Shown here in pieces: positions 47,361 through 59,083 of a stretch of 64,000 bases of DNA (its first letter is position 1; each line of letters opens with the position of its first letter). Origin of the DNA: Lama glama (Eukaryota); contig CM052840.1 in the NCBI GenBank assembly GCA_028534125.1, positions 29,450,001 through 29,514,000 on the forward strand, written 5' to 3'. A program made the position numbers and the translations under genes. The notes below the pieces were generated by a model. The model was not told where the DNA came from. It worked only from the letters and a program-made list of their open reading frames with translations, and did not search any database.

Positions 47361-50300
47361 GGGTTCAGGGTAAAAGGAGACAGGCATTTACAGTGCATCC
47401 GCACGTGTTATGAGATTTTATTTCTATTTCTCTCCAGAGATTAGAGGTCCAACTCAGTAATGGGGACCCTGGGACTCCTGAAATCACACACACACGCTCA
47501 CACGCTCGTATCTGCCCGGGGCAGCCAGCGTCCTCCAGGCCCTGCTGGAGGGGCAGCTTCCCTGCTGGCCCCGTGCCCACCGTTCCGTCCGCCCAGTGCT
47601 CTCGGAACCACACAGGCACTGAGGTTTGGGACATGGACAGAGGGTGTTAAGCTGAGACAACTAACACAGTAGCCCACTGTGTGAGATCTGGCGGGGCTGC
47701 CCCGCGTCCCAGCTGTGCGGTGGTGAGAAAGGCCAGCCTCCTTGGAGGTCCTGTAAATATTTGGGGAGCGGTAACACAGCTGGAAGCCGGACCCCTTCCC
47801 CCAGCTGGCTCACTTCCTACCCTGGGATATCTCGCCCGGCCAAGAAGGGCTGGGCTTTGTTTGGGACACTCCACAGTCCATCTGCTGGCTCCAGGGCCCG
47901 ATCCAGACTCTCCTCCCACCCTCGGAAGCTTTCCCTCTGAGCCCCGGCCGGCTGGCTGCCCTGGGGAGGGGTTGGGGAGGAGCGCTGTCCTGGGAATCAA
48001 GAGGCTTCTACGGAAGGAGGGCCATGAGCACCTCGCTTGCCCTTTCTGAGCCCTCCTGTCCTCTGGGAGGATGAGGGAGCCCAGCTGGATGCTCTCCGAA
48101 GGTTTTTTTGGGCTCTGACACCTGGATTCTCGGAGCGGGTCTGTTCAGGGCTGCCCAGTGTGTCCCTCTGGCGGGGCCTGGAGGTTGGTGAGGATGCCTG
48201 CAGCCTTGCTGGGTCAGGAGGGGAGAGCTCGCCAGGGTCACACACAGGGAGCTCCTGAAAACCCTTGCCTCCCCGAGTGGCCACGACAGCCACTGGGGCT
48301 CCCGTGGCCCCTGACCTGGGGCTGCGTCGTCATGGCTCCCGTGCCTGTGGCTGCTCTCCAGACCTTCCTGGGCACAGTATTGTAAAGCCAGTGTAATGAC
48401 ACCTGCTCGCCTGAGGTCACCGGGTCATTTGGAAATAAAACCCTGTTTTGTAATGTGAAAGGGACACCCAGAGGCCAGGAATGACTTTTATAGGTTTTCC
48501 TACCAAGGTCACAACAAATGATTCCCCAGAATTCAGTGGAGTCGCCGGGGTCTGGGGTAGGTTTGGAAAAGCTGGGATTAGAGAAGTGGCCCGGTCATTC
48601 CCCAGGGCCCGCGTGAGGCCCCAGCACAGGGTGATCACGGTTAGTTCACCCCCTCCCCCACTCTGGTTTAATTCTCTCTCTCCACCTCTCTCTGCGTGCT
48701 GACACGCTTTCTGTCCTGCGTCTGCCAAGATGCTGCCAGCTCAGTCCGGCTGGGATACAAGATACAGCGGTGTCTCCAGGCCCAGCTCCCCCTGCTGTGT
48801 GACTTTTCTGCCAAAGGGGTGAAGAGCTCCAGAAATGGTGGGAAAGAGGGGACGTGGGAGTCTGTCCAGAGACAGAGCCGACCCTGGGGCCCTGGGCTTC
48901 TCGAGGGTCTCACTTCTGGGGCTCAGCAGGAACTCCGGGCTGTGGTCGGGCCCAGACAGGTGACCCAGGAACCCAGACCACACGGAACTTTCCTGCAAGT
49001 CTTTCTCCCTTTTTTCTTGCCTTGCTTTCACCAAACCCACAGCGTCTGAGGTAACTGTCAGGGAGACAACCAGAGCCTCCCCCCAGCTATCTTTGGGTGT
49101 CTCTGCTGGCAGTGGGGCACTGGTCTGGAGACCTTGGGCCTGAGATCCTTCAAGGTGTGTGTGGAAAGGGGCGGGGGGGAGGGGATCTGGATGGAAGACC
49201 CCCGCCCTCTGCATTGGACATTCCCTGGCCTCTCCAGGTCTCGGCTGCCCCTGTAAAGAGCCACCTGGTGGACCCGGCACCGGAGATGGACAGGATCTTG
49301 CCTCCCAAGGGCTCTTTGGGGGAGGAGCGTGGAGCGGGCTGGCTGAGATGGACAGGTCTTTTTTCTCTCCCTCTTTGGCTGGGTTTTCTTTCTGGAAAAG
49401 TGCTTAACTCTCAGCTGCCTTTCAGCAGGTGTCTCCCCTCCACCCTGCGCCTCGGGCCCCCAGCCACTCTGCCCCAGGCTACAACCCGCAGCCGGGGACC
49501 TAGAAAGACAGCTCAGAGTCATCCCTGCGTGCCCCCTACTGTTGTCCAGGCAGCTAGACCGCAGTCCCCTACACTCTGCCCCCTCCCCATGATGGGTGAG
49601 GTGGGGGCTGCTGATCAGGGAGGCTGTGATTACCTGTCTTCACAAAAGCACCCAGATAGCCCTTCTGTTCAGTTACCCAAAGGGCCTTGACCTGTTGGCT
49701 GAAAACAGCAGGTACAGATTTGCATGGTCTTCACCCAAGGAGCCTCCAGGGACCCTTGTCTTTCCTGGTGACTGTCCACTCCAGCCTGCCACAACAGGAA
49801 GGTGGGTCCCAAAGTGGAGGGAGGTAGACTCTCCGTGCAGCCCACGTTCCTCGCTGAGAAGGAAGGGGGCGACGCAGAGGAAAACCTCAGATTCTATTGG
49901 GTTCTGGCTGCTCAGGAACCGGCGCCAAGAAGGAGGGGGTTCACAGATCCTCTGGCCCAGAATTCTCTTATTGGGGGACCCTGAAAGATGGGACCCCTCC
50001 CCTGCTAAGCTGCTGGCTGAGACTTGCTCTCTTTCGGGCCTGTTCCCCCATTTCTGTGGGGGGTGAAGTGCCTGGGGAGGGGAAGTTGGGCAGGCTGCCG
50101 GTGTGAGGAGGCAGAGAGAGGAGGCTGGGCTCTGCAGGGCTGTGCAGGCAGGTCCAGGGACAGCTCAGTCCCCCACACAAAAGACTTGCTGGCGTCCTCC
50201 AAGTAAAGCCTTGTGCTCTACCCCTTCCAGGCCTCTTCTCCCTCCCCTCAGGCTCTGCCCAGAAAGCCACAAAGGAGGAAACCTTATGGAAACCACACAG

Positions 50301-51944
50301 CCAGATCTGGAGGAAAAACATCTCCTGCTGGTGACATTCCTCTGGCTGAGACCAAGTCGCATTACTCGGGATTCCGTGCTGGCTGAGCCTGAAGAGAATC
50401 CCTCATGGTGCCCAGCTCCCTAAGCTGTTGCCCAGATGAGCCAGGCTGGCCCCAGCACAGCTGCACAGGCAGGGGCTCTGAGACTCACCGTCCGTTTCGG
50501 GTGGTGGTGAGGGTAGGGTGGCCGGCAGGGACCAGGACAGACGGCCAGGTGGGGGAGGGGGGGTAGGGACACCGTCCTGGAGCGAGGTGCCTTGCTGATA
50601 CCGCCCAAAGCTGGTCAGCCTGGGGCATCTTTCCTAAATCCCACAACTCAGAAAGCGTAAAGGGGATACAAACCAATTTCCCCCCATGCTAGGGGGTCGC
50701 CTGAGAGGTTGGTGGGGGAGCACTGCCGCTGTGGACTCACCTCTGATCTCAAAGCATGTTTGGGAAACTTGGCCACAGTGCACCCTCAGAAACAGACCCC
50801 TCCCCAACTCAGACTGCTCGGGGGTCCAGGACTGAGTTGCCTCTGTGAGGTTTCCCACCTGCTGGAGCTGCTGCCAGAGCGGTGGCGCTGGGCACCCCGA
50901 GGACTGTAGCCAGTCGGGGGCGGGGGGGGGGGGGGGAGAAGGGAGGTTCTCCAGGACTCAAAGCACCAACCAGGCCTTGCTGCAGGAGGGGAGTGGGTGG
51001 GGTGGGTGAGAATCTCCTCTGCCTTAACATTGGTGAAAACGTAGCCCGGAAGCTGAGAGGTGAGGAGATGAGAGGCCTGGGCCTGGGTCTCTGCGCGTGG
51101 CTGTTACCCACGTGGCCCAAACCCAGAGCCTCTGTGGTTCTCAGTCAGCTTAGCTCGGTACTTTGGGGCTTTTAACAAACAGTGCTGGCATTGCTTCTCT
51201 TGTTTAAAGAAACTGCGGCTGTAACCTAAGGTGTCCTCCCAGTTTGCCGGGTCACTTTGGGACTGGGACTAGCCTTCCACACGCAGCCCCTCCCAGAGGC
51301 AGGGAGTGAGGCCCGGAGGAGGCAGGGGAGGGGGCGGTGAGGCCCCAGTGCCGCCTCCTTCCTCCTCCAAAGGGGGTTGAGTTACCAGGAATTCCCTGAA
51401 GGGAGGGGTGGGAGAGCTCTCCTGCTGGGCCCCACTTTTTTCTTACTCTGCATTGAAATCTTCACCTCTTGGGGTCCTTTTCTTCCTAATCAGTCAGCTG
51501 AAAATGCCCCCTGGATGGAGGCACTGACCCTGGCGTGGTGGGACCCAGGTCTCACCGTCCCGGCCCCCCCCCCCCCCCCCCGTCTCCCCTGGTGCTGGAG
51601 AGAGGCTAGGCCCCCACCTCCGGTGGTCAGCACTGCTCGGGTGAGGGGGTGCTCATCCCCCGCCCTCCGTAAGGAGGACAGTTCTGAGCTGCCTCTGGCA
51701 CTTGTGCCCCACCTGCCTGGCACCCCCCGCGGCACCCTGTGCAGACCTGGTTTTAGGGGATGTGCTGATCCCATGCTCCTACTCCCACCACTTTAAAAGC
51801 CTGGAAAGGGGCCGAGAGGCGGCTGGAGGAAGCCCTCTGGGGAGGGTTCAGGTTCCCCGACCCACCGCACGCGGGCTTCCTGTCCCCAGAGACCAGGGAT
51901 GCCCACACCCATGTGCCCGCGCAGCGCGAGGAAGAGCTGGGGTC

Positions 51945-52080
51945 AACCGGCAGCCGGCGTGGGGTGGGGGTTGTGACCTGCAGCCGGCGTCGGGGGAGGT
52001 GACCCGCCGCCGGCGTGGGGTGGGGTGGGGTTTAGGACCCGCAGCCGGCATGGGGGGCTGTGACCCGCAGCCGCCCGGGT
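51945..52080 (+). repeat. Imperfect tandem repeat, five copies of acccgcagccggcgtgggg-like units
   Basis: Units of about 26-35 nt, read directly at the 5' edge of the CpG island. Confidence 0.8.
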
Positions 52081-52416
52081 GGAGGTCGGGGCCCCGGCCG
52101 GGTCGCACCTCCCGGTCCTGGAACGGCCGCGCCGCGGCAGCTCTTTGTCTACCTGCTCCGGGCGTTAAAGGGCCCGCTCGCAGCCGGGGCTCGGGACCTG
52201 AGGCGGCGACGGGGAAATGGGGCTCTGTCGCTTTAAGTGCAGCTGGAGCCGGGAGTGCGAGCGGGCGGGGGAGAGGCGGGAGCGGAGGGGCGAGGGCCGG
52301 TCCCGGGTCCCCGGCCGTCCGCGTGGCCGCGCTCAGACCTCCGCGGGGTCGGCGGCGCGGGCGCGGCGGTCCTGCGCTGGGTGCCCACCGGCCGGCGGCC
52401 GCCTGCGCCGGGGAGG

Positions 52417-52469
52417 ATGCTGCATCTGCCCCCGCCCAGGGCGGGGAGGACGGCGAATTTCCCCCGCAG
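52417..52469 (+). CDS. NAV1: Alternative first coding exon of a short NAV1 isoform (MLHLPPPRAGRTANFPR + AG)
   Basis: gggaggATGc (A at -3) inside a CpG island; 17 codons plus 2 nt, then consensus donor CAG|GTAAGC. Phase 2 equals the exon 3 donor, so it can join the same downstream exon. Resembles the recalled N-terminus of the short human NAV1 isoform (MLHLPLPRSGRTVNFPRS). Confidence 0.85.
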
Positions 52470-55400
52470 GTAAGCGCCCCGGGCCCGCCGCCGGGCCGCA
52501 GTCCCGCGGGCGCGTCGTCGCCCCGTTCCCGCCCCCAGCCCCACCGCGACCGCAGCCTCGCGGGGGTGGGTGTGGGGTGCGCAAGGGGGAGGGTCTTGGC
52601 CCCCCTCGCGTCTGCGACGCGGAGGACGGAGGACGGAGGACGGCAGCGCCACCTGAGTCTCTGGCTCCGAGCGTTCGGCTTGTGGGCACCGGGGTTGGAG
52701 GTGGGGGTGTGGAGGGGTCTCGGGAAGGGAGGGAAGGCAGGACGCGTAGGGTCCCCGGGGACCGGACGAAGCGCAACTGGACCGAACTTCCCCGGTTCCC
52801 TGCAGGGCTGTGGGAGCCGGGGTCTTGGGGGTCTGGGGAGTGGAAGGAGAGAAGGCTTCCGCCCCCCCGGGGCCCGGCTAGGTTCCCCTAGCCCCGCAAG
52901 GTCTGGGGGTCTCTCGGTGTGAAAGGAGGTGCTGGGAGGTGTAGGCAGAGACCTGGCGTGGGGGTCGGGGTGAATTTGCCAGCCCACAGCTGACCGGATG
53001 TCTCTGAGCGGAGTGGAACCTGGAGCCCTTCTCTGGGATAATTCGAGAGCCCGTGATCTGGGGAGAGGCATCCTGGAGGACAGGGACCAGCCCTGGGACC
53101 TTCCCAGCCGACTTGGAAACCACGCTTCCGAGAGGATTCGGAAATTCCAGCAGCCTGAGAGAGAGGGCTGACACTGGCCTTCCCGGGAGCTTCCACCCTG
53201 GGGTACACACTCCCTCCCCTCGTCTCCCTGCCGACCTGCGGGACCGAAGGAAGTTGGAGATTAGGAGCTGAATGGGAGGCCGGATGCCCCTTGCTGTGAC
53301 CACTCCCTCCCCCAGCCTCGCAGCCCTGGGCTGCCCGGATCCCTGACTGCCCTGTGAGGTGCTCCCCAGCGGAGCCCCAGTGCAAGTCCGAACACTCCGT
53401 CTCAGGGCTCGTGGTCAGAGCCAAAGAATTGGGCAAGGCCTGGGAGGGGAGGGCATCTCCAGCCCTGGGAGCTCCTCGGAAGCAGAGTCCCGCTGGCCTC
53501 TAGCTTTTTGACCCCCACCACGGTAAGAATGTGACTTGGGACCCTTGGAGTCACTTGGCTAAGATGACTACTGGGGGTGTCGTAAGAGGAGTCAGTTCAT
53601 GAACAGAATATTCTGTAGAACAGAGGTCTATTCAGGGACCTCTGGGCATTCCTCCTTCTGGTAAGATCCTGGGCTGAGCCCTGAGTCCTGAGTGCCTGGC
53701 TTGGAGAAGGCAGAGGGGAGGGTCCCTTCATAACCTCCTCCCGCACGGCTCCCTCTGCCACCCCGGCTGAGGCGCCGCTTCAGGTCCACACAGGGTGTGC
53801 AGGAGAGTTCTTACGCCGGTTCTTTGCCTCACCCACCGCGGAAGACGTGAAAATCTCTCGGGCGACTCCAGCACCCCATCCCTGGGCCCCTGCCTCCTTC
53901 CTTCGGACACCAGCCTTTCCTAGGTCATTCCTAGAACTGGTGCTCTGCCTGCCCCGCCCAGGAGACCAAGGCTGTGTGCCGTGAGCTTAGCTCCCTGTCC
54001 TGGGGCCGCGGCTGCTGCGTGTTCACTGGGTGTCTTGCCGGAGCCTGGCTTCTGAGCAGGTGTGCCAGGGCACGTCGCAGCTACTCAGCCTGCCATCCGC
54101 CTGGGGCGGGGCTGGCTCGGCCCGTGGTTTCCTTCTCATTCAAGCCCCAAACTTGCAGCGGGATTGTGGCTGGTGAGTTAGGAGAGGGGGGACGTTGTAA
54201 AGTGGAGGCCAGTCCAAGGATTGCCAGAGTTCAAATGTAAAATTTAATGACCCCGGCTCTAATCCACGGAGGGAGGGCTCAGCCCAGGCCCTTGCTCTGG
54301 GGATGGCTCACAGCTTAACTTGTAAATGATGTTTGATTGGGGCCAGCAGGGATCAAAGAGCTGCCTTCCCTGCCGGCTCGGGCTCCTGAGGAGGCAGCCA
54401 GGGGAGGATGTGCAGCATCAGGGGGAATGGCTGGGCGGCCCTCCAGCGTTTCCATGACCGACGGCCCGAGGACACTGTGGTCATCCCTGGGCCCTTCCTC
54501 CCCAGATGCCTGTGGTTGTTACATCTACTGGGGGCGGGGGCAGGGAGGCTGTCACCTTTCTTATACAACCTGAGTGTTACGGTCTCTCCCAGAGAGCCTT
54601 CTCTTCTTCTGCCCCAGAAAACAGTCTTTCAGTGTCTTCCAGGCAGGAAGCCTGGAGTGCAGGCATCTATCCTGTTCAGCACACCGGGACTCCCTCCTGG
54701 GAAGGGCCCTGAGCTGGAGCGGGGGGCCCTGTGGGGACAAGACCTGCTCACAGAGACCTCTGGGGCAGAGGGCACTGATCTGGCGCAGAGTCAGCCCCTG
54801 TGAGGGGACAGAATGCCTCAGGACAGTAGAGCCAGCGGCTGCTTCTGGCTGGAGGGTTTTGTGGGGCTGGACGTGCACACCACAGGCACACCAGACTTGC
54901 TGCTGAACGTCTTCCCGTGGAGCCCTGCCCTCTGCTTGGGAGGCCAGGCGGAGGGAGGGCAGGGCAGGGCAGGGAGCATCGTAGCCAGGAAGGCCAGTGT
55001 GGCAGCAGCCAGGGTCCAACTGGGCCAGTCACCTTTCTCCTGGTAATGTGATGCTCCAGGACAGTCCTGTGCTGAGTGCGTTGTAAACACCTGCCCGTTT
55101 CATCCCCGTGACAGCCACATGGAGCGGGGAGGGCACATCTTATTCCATTTCATGGGTGGAGAAACTGAGGCACAGGGAGGCGTGGTGCACGTGCCTGAGG
55201 TCACAGCAGGGGGCCTGTCTGATGCTAAAGCCAACCTGCAGGCACCGCTCCCTTTGGCACTGCTTCTGGCCCAGAGGGGGGTCCACGCTGGGGACGTGGC
55301 AGCAGAGCATGCTGAGGCCTCACGGGGGTCTGGACAGAGGTCTGGGCTGGCCCGGACCCCTTGAGGGCGTCTTGGGAAGAGCGCTGGACTGGGAGTGGGC

Positions 55401-55949
55401 TGGACCTGCCTCGGAGCCCAGACTCACAGCCGATGTGGTTTGTCACCTTGGTTGCTTATCCTCTGGCCTCAGTGTCCTCGAACTCCGGACCGGCCCCCTC
55501 GCTGGGAGGCGTGTGAAGAGCAGACGGCTTTCCACTTGTGAGTCAGAGTCCCGGGCGGGCGGTGCGTGGCTGAGGCCCGCCCAGGCAGCCGGTCCTCCCA
55601 GGGGTCTCCAGAGGGCGCTCTCCCTTGGCACCGTTCGCTTCCATCTTGCTGGGACCCTAATGAAGACCACACAGGTCCCCAGCTTTGAATGTATCTTTGG
55701 TTTTTACTTAAATTCTTAATTATCCGTCTTCAGATTTATATTCCATCCAAATTTCGTGCTAATTAGGGCAGCATATTTTTACATCTTGTTTTCGATGGCA
55801 GTTTACGTAAGAGTAGACCACTCAAAACCTTAATCATTAAAAACCCCAAGCCTCGTTCCTCCAGCCTTTGCCGTGTGATGACCCGTGCCCGCCGCCGCGC
55901 AGGGTGCGGGAGGAGCAGAGCAGGCCCCTGAGGAGCCGACGCCCACTCC

Positions 55950-56310
55950 TTGTTCGTTTATTCAGCAAGCGGTGGTGAGTGCCTCCCAGCTGCAGGCAGT
56001 GCTGGGAACTGGGCACAGTGGCTCCCAGCAAGACTCACACCGTCCTGCCCTGGGGGAGCTCAGACAGTGAAAGCAGGCAGGCAGAAGTCGGCAGACACAT
56101 ACGTACGTTGTTTCCCATCGAGAAAAATCTGAGGGAGTTGTGCAGGAGGCTGTGGTCTGGTGGAGGAGGCGCAGGGTGCAGGTGACTGGTACCGGCTCAG
56201 ACGTGCGGTGCCTGCAGGCCAGCAGGGCAGGGCTGCACTTGGAGTGGTCAGGGAGGGCTTCACAGAGAAAGTGCCATTTTCCTTGGGCCTTGAAGCTCAA
56301 ATGGAGTTTC
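55950..56310 (-). mobile_element. L2 LINE 3' end
   Basis: ttcgtttattcagcaagc...gagtgcctccc...caggcagtgctgggaactggg...cctgccctgggggagctcagacag...gtggtcagggagggcttc. Confidence 0.7.
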
Positions 56311-58683
56311 CAGAGGAACAGGAGCTCCTTTGAGGAGGGGATTTCCTCGGTTTTGCGTCTCCTGCTTCTCTGCCCAGATCTGCCTTCACTGTGGCGTCTT
56401 CCATCACACAGACTCCTTGTCTAAGACAGAATCCTCTGAGCCAGACAACTGAATACATTCGTCCCAGCTCGGCCCCACCAGGAATCCTGTCTGAGAGCCT
56501 TTGATCGGAGGCACCACTGGCTTGTTTCCTCTGGAGCTGGCTTCCAGTGTCTTCTCACGTTAAGTTTGTGGCCAGCGGCCGACCGCCCTCGCCCTGGCCC
56601 TTAACGCACAGTCAGCTGATGCTACCACGTGGCGAGCTGCAGTGCGGGGAAGTCATTCTCAGTCTACCTTCCTGGAGCTGCTGCAGGGCTTTCCCAGAAA
56701 TGCTAAGTTCCTGGACATTCTGGACATAGGAAGCCTCTGTCCACGAAGACACCAAATGGGGAGAAGTACTGAGAAGGCAGGGAGGTCACAGCCCCGCCAC
56801 CCCCACCCGCTGGCGCAGTCCTGGCAGCAGAGTCAGGAAATGGTTCGCGTCACCCGTGCGCTTGCCGAGGCTGGAGCAGATAGGGGTCTAATCTGTGTCC
56901 CTCCTTAGTGTCCTGCTGCAGGTGCCCCTGGGCAGCAAGGGGGTTACTCCACAGCGGAGAGCAGAGGGAGGCCCTGGACCGCCTGCCCTGCTGGGGCTCA
57001 AGCTGGGCGCGGAATTCCTGCCTTGGTTACTACTGCTCACTGTGACTTGGGCAGGGGCTCCTCAGTGCTGTGTACGTGGAACTTCGTAGTGGCCTTTCAA
57101 CAGTGACAACAAACAGCTCACAGGACCCGGCCATGAGGTCCTGCAGCAGCACAGACTTGGATGTGCCACGCCTATTCTGCACCGCGTCCCACCAGCGCTT
57201 AGGCTGGGCCAGGTGCTGCACAGGATGCAAGCAGTGGGGCAGGCAGTGGTTCCCCCCCAGCACATGTGGATGACTCATCTGCGACTTGCCAAGAACTGTG
57301 CCGGGCACAGCAGCGGGCACCTGACTTCAGTCCACGCAGCGGAGGGGTCAGCTGGTGACAGGCAGTGGCGTGTTGACTTCTGACACTGAGAGCGAGGACA
57401 GCTGGGAGCAGGAATCAGGCGGGTCAGAAGCACAGGAGCTGTGCACCCAGGGCACGGGGCAGCGCGACAGCAGGGCAGGGGGGTGGGGGGGGCAGGAAGT
57501 TCACAGGCAGCGGCAGTGCGTTTGGGGGGTGTGTTTAGAGGGCGGGGGGAGACGGTGGGGGCCTGTGCATCTTGAAAGGAATTTACAGGGCGTGGGATCA
57601 GTGGGTGACGTGAGAGCTGGAACCACGGCACATTCCCCTTGCCTCTGGTGCCCCGCTCGGCCCCGCTCGGAAGGCTGTCTGGGCACACGTGCTACCGCCT
57701 GCGTGCGCGCGTGTGTGCGCGTTGTGTGCCAGTGAAGGTGTTAGTTTTCAGGCTTGGAACACTCTCCCATGGCTTATTGTAAATTCTTCTGTAAGCCTCT
57801 ACCAGACTGCTGGGTTTTAATCCTGTGATCTATCCACTGTGTGGTTTTAAAAATAAGTTTTAACAGGTTTAAAATAGACGTAGTGTTCCTGTCGGTGGGT
57901 AGAATTATGGCTCCGAGGCCAAAAGGGAAACGTACTCGGGATTTATTGCTGTGTGGCAGGGCTGGCACCTGAGCCCCGCCCACGGGGACCGCGCTCACAC
58001 CCTAAAGCCTGCTTCTTAGCTCCCCAGCGCGGGGTGGTGAAGCGCTGGGAGTGGCTGCCTCGCGCCTGGGGCGCGTCCCCCGGAGCCCTGGCTGGCTGGC
58101 GTCGCGGTGGTGTGCCTCCACGTGCTGGGCATCTGTGCTGCGCCTTCTGTTTCCCGCATTGAGCAGCGTTCCCTCGCGAGTTGCACTGTTCCTCCCATTC
58201 ACGCTTCTTTCTCACACGTTCCAGGTAAACGTCTTTGTAGTTTCCAGGCTAGGTGTCCGCACCTGCCGCTCCTTGGCGCGTCCTTCCGGAACTCGGACTT
58301 CCCGCAGCGCCCCACAGGAGTGGGCGCCCCAGTACGTGGGATTCGCGCTTAACGACTTAGCCCTTCAGGCGAGCGCTGAGCTGAGATCGGGGAGGACTTG
58401 GGACTCGCCCTTTCCCGCGGAGCTGGCTCTGTGAGGAAACCCGCAAAGACCGCTGTTCTTAGCACTTCCGACGGGTTTAGGATCACCTTCGAGGTACAGT
58501 GAGCGGGTTGCTGACTGATCGGTCTCCTCGCCCCTCTGTTAGCAGGCCTCCTCCCGCGGCCCTTCTGACTTGGACGTGTAGGCGGCACGTGCAGCAGCAC
58601 CCGCTTCCCCTGCGGTTTGCAGAGGTGACGTCCACCCCGTGCACACACCTCGCGTGTGCGTCAGGCACTGCCCTGGGCACCTG

Positions 58684-58872
58684 GTTTTTAACTGAAGCGC
58701 AGTTGGTTTTCGATGCCGAGTTAATTTCTGTGCTCAGCAGAGGTTCAGTTACACGTACGCTCCTTTTCATGTTGCTTTCCACTGTCAGCTGTTACAGGAC
58801 AGTGACTAGCTCCCTGTGCTGCACACCAGGGCCTTGTAGTTTTCTGTTCTGTACGTAGTAGTGTGTATGTGC
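58684..58872 (-). mobile_element. LINE-1 3' end fragment, same family as 8628-8862
   Basis: ttttaactgaagcgcagttggtttt...tccctgtgctgcacaccagggccttgtag...gtagtagtgtgtatgtgc. Confidence 0.75.
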
Positions 58873-58982
58873 AAACCATCTGTGAGGTGGTTTGTTCTGC
58901 GTCTCTGTGTGGAAACCCCCAGCAAAACTGTGACTCCAGACGATCGGCACGTGTACAGTGGTTTTTTTTTTCAGTAAGATCT

Positions 58983-59083
58983 TTTTTAAAAAACTGTTTT
59001 TGGCGGGGAGAGGGGTAGTTAAGTGTATGTATTTATTTAATGGAGGTGCTAGGGACTGAGCCCAGGACCTCATGCATGAGAGC
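58983..59083 (-). mobile_element. 5'-truncated camelid-type tRNA-derived SINE
   Basis: Reverse complement reads catgcatgaggtcctgggctcagtccctagcacctccattaaataaatac...taactacccctctcccc, homologous to the 14853 copy. Confidence 0.8.

Larger units (their letters stand above)
51850..52900 (+). promoter_or_regulatory. NAV1: CpG island / internal promoter of NAV1
   Basis: Very dense CpG and GC-box content, weak TATA-like TTAAAG (52165) and TTTAAG (52232), surrounding the alternative first exon. Confidence 0.85.

Noticed and set aside
51945-52080. Repeat-spacer-like pattern reminiscent of a CRISPR array
   Set aside because: Mammalian intron; the units are degenerate, with G-run linkers rather than unique spacers, and there are no cas genes.
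51702-53071. Two ORFs of about 406 aa on opposite strands across the CpG island
   Set aside because: Expected in extremely GC-rich sequence. They ignore the clear splice donor at 52470 and encode only G/R/P/A-rich sequence.
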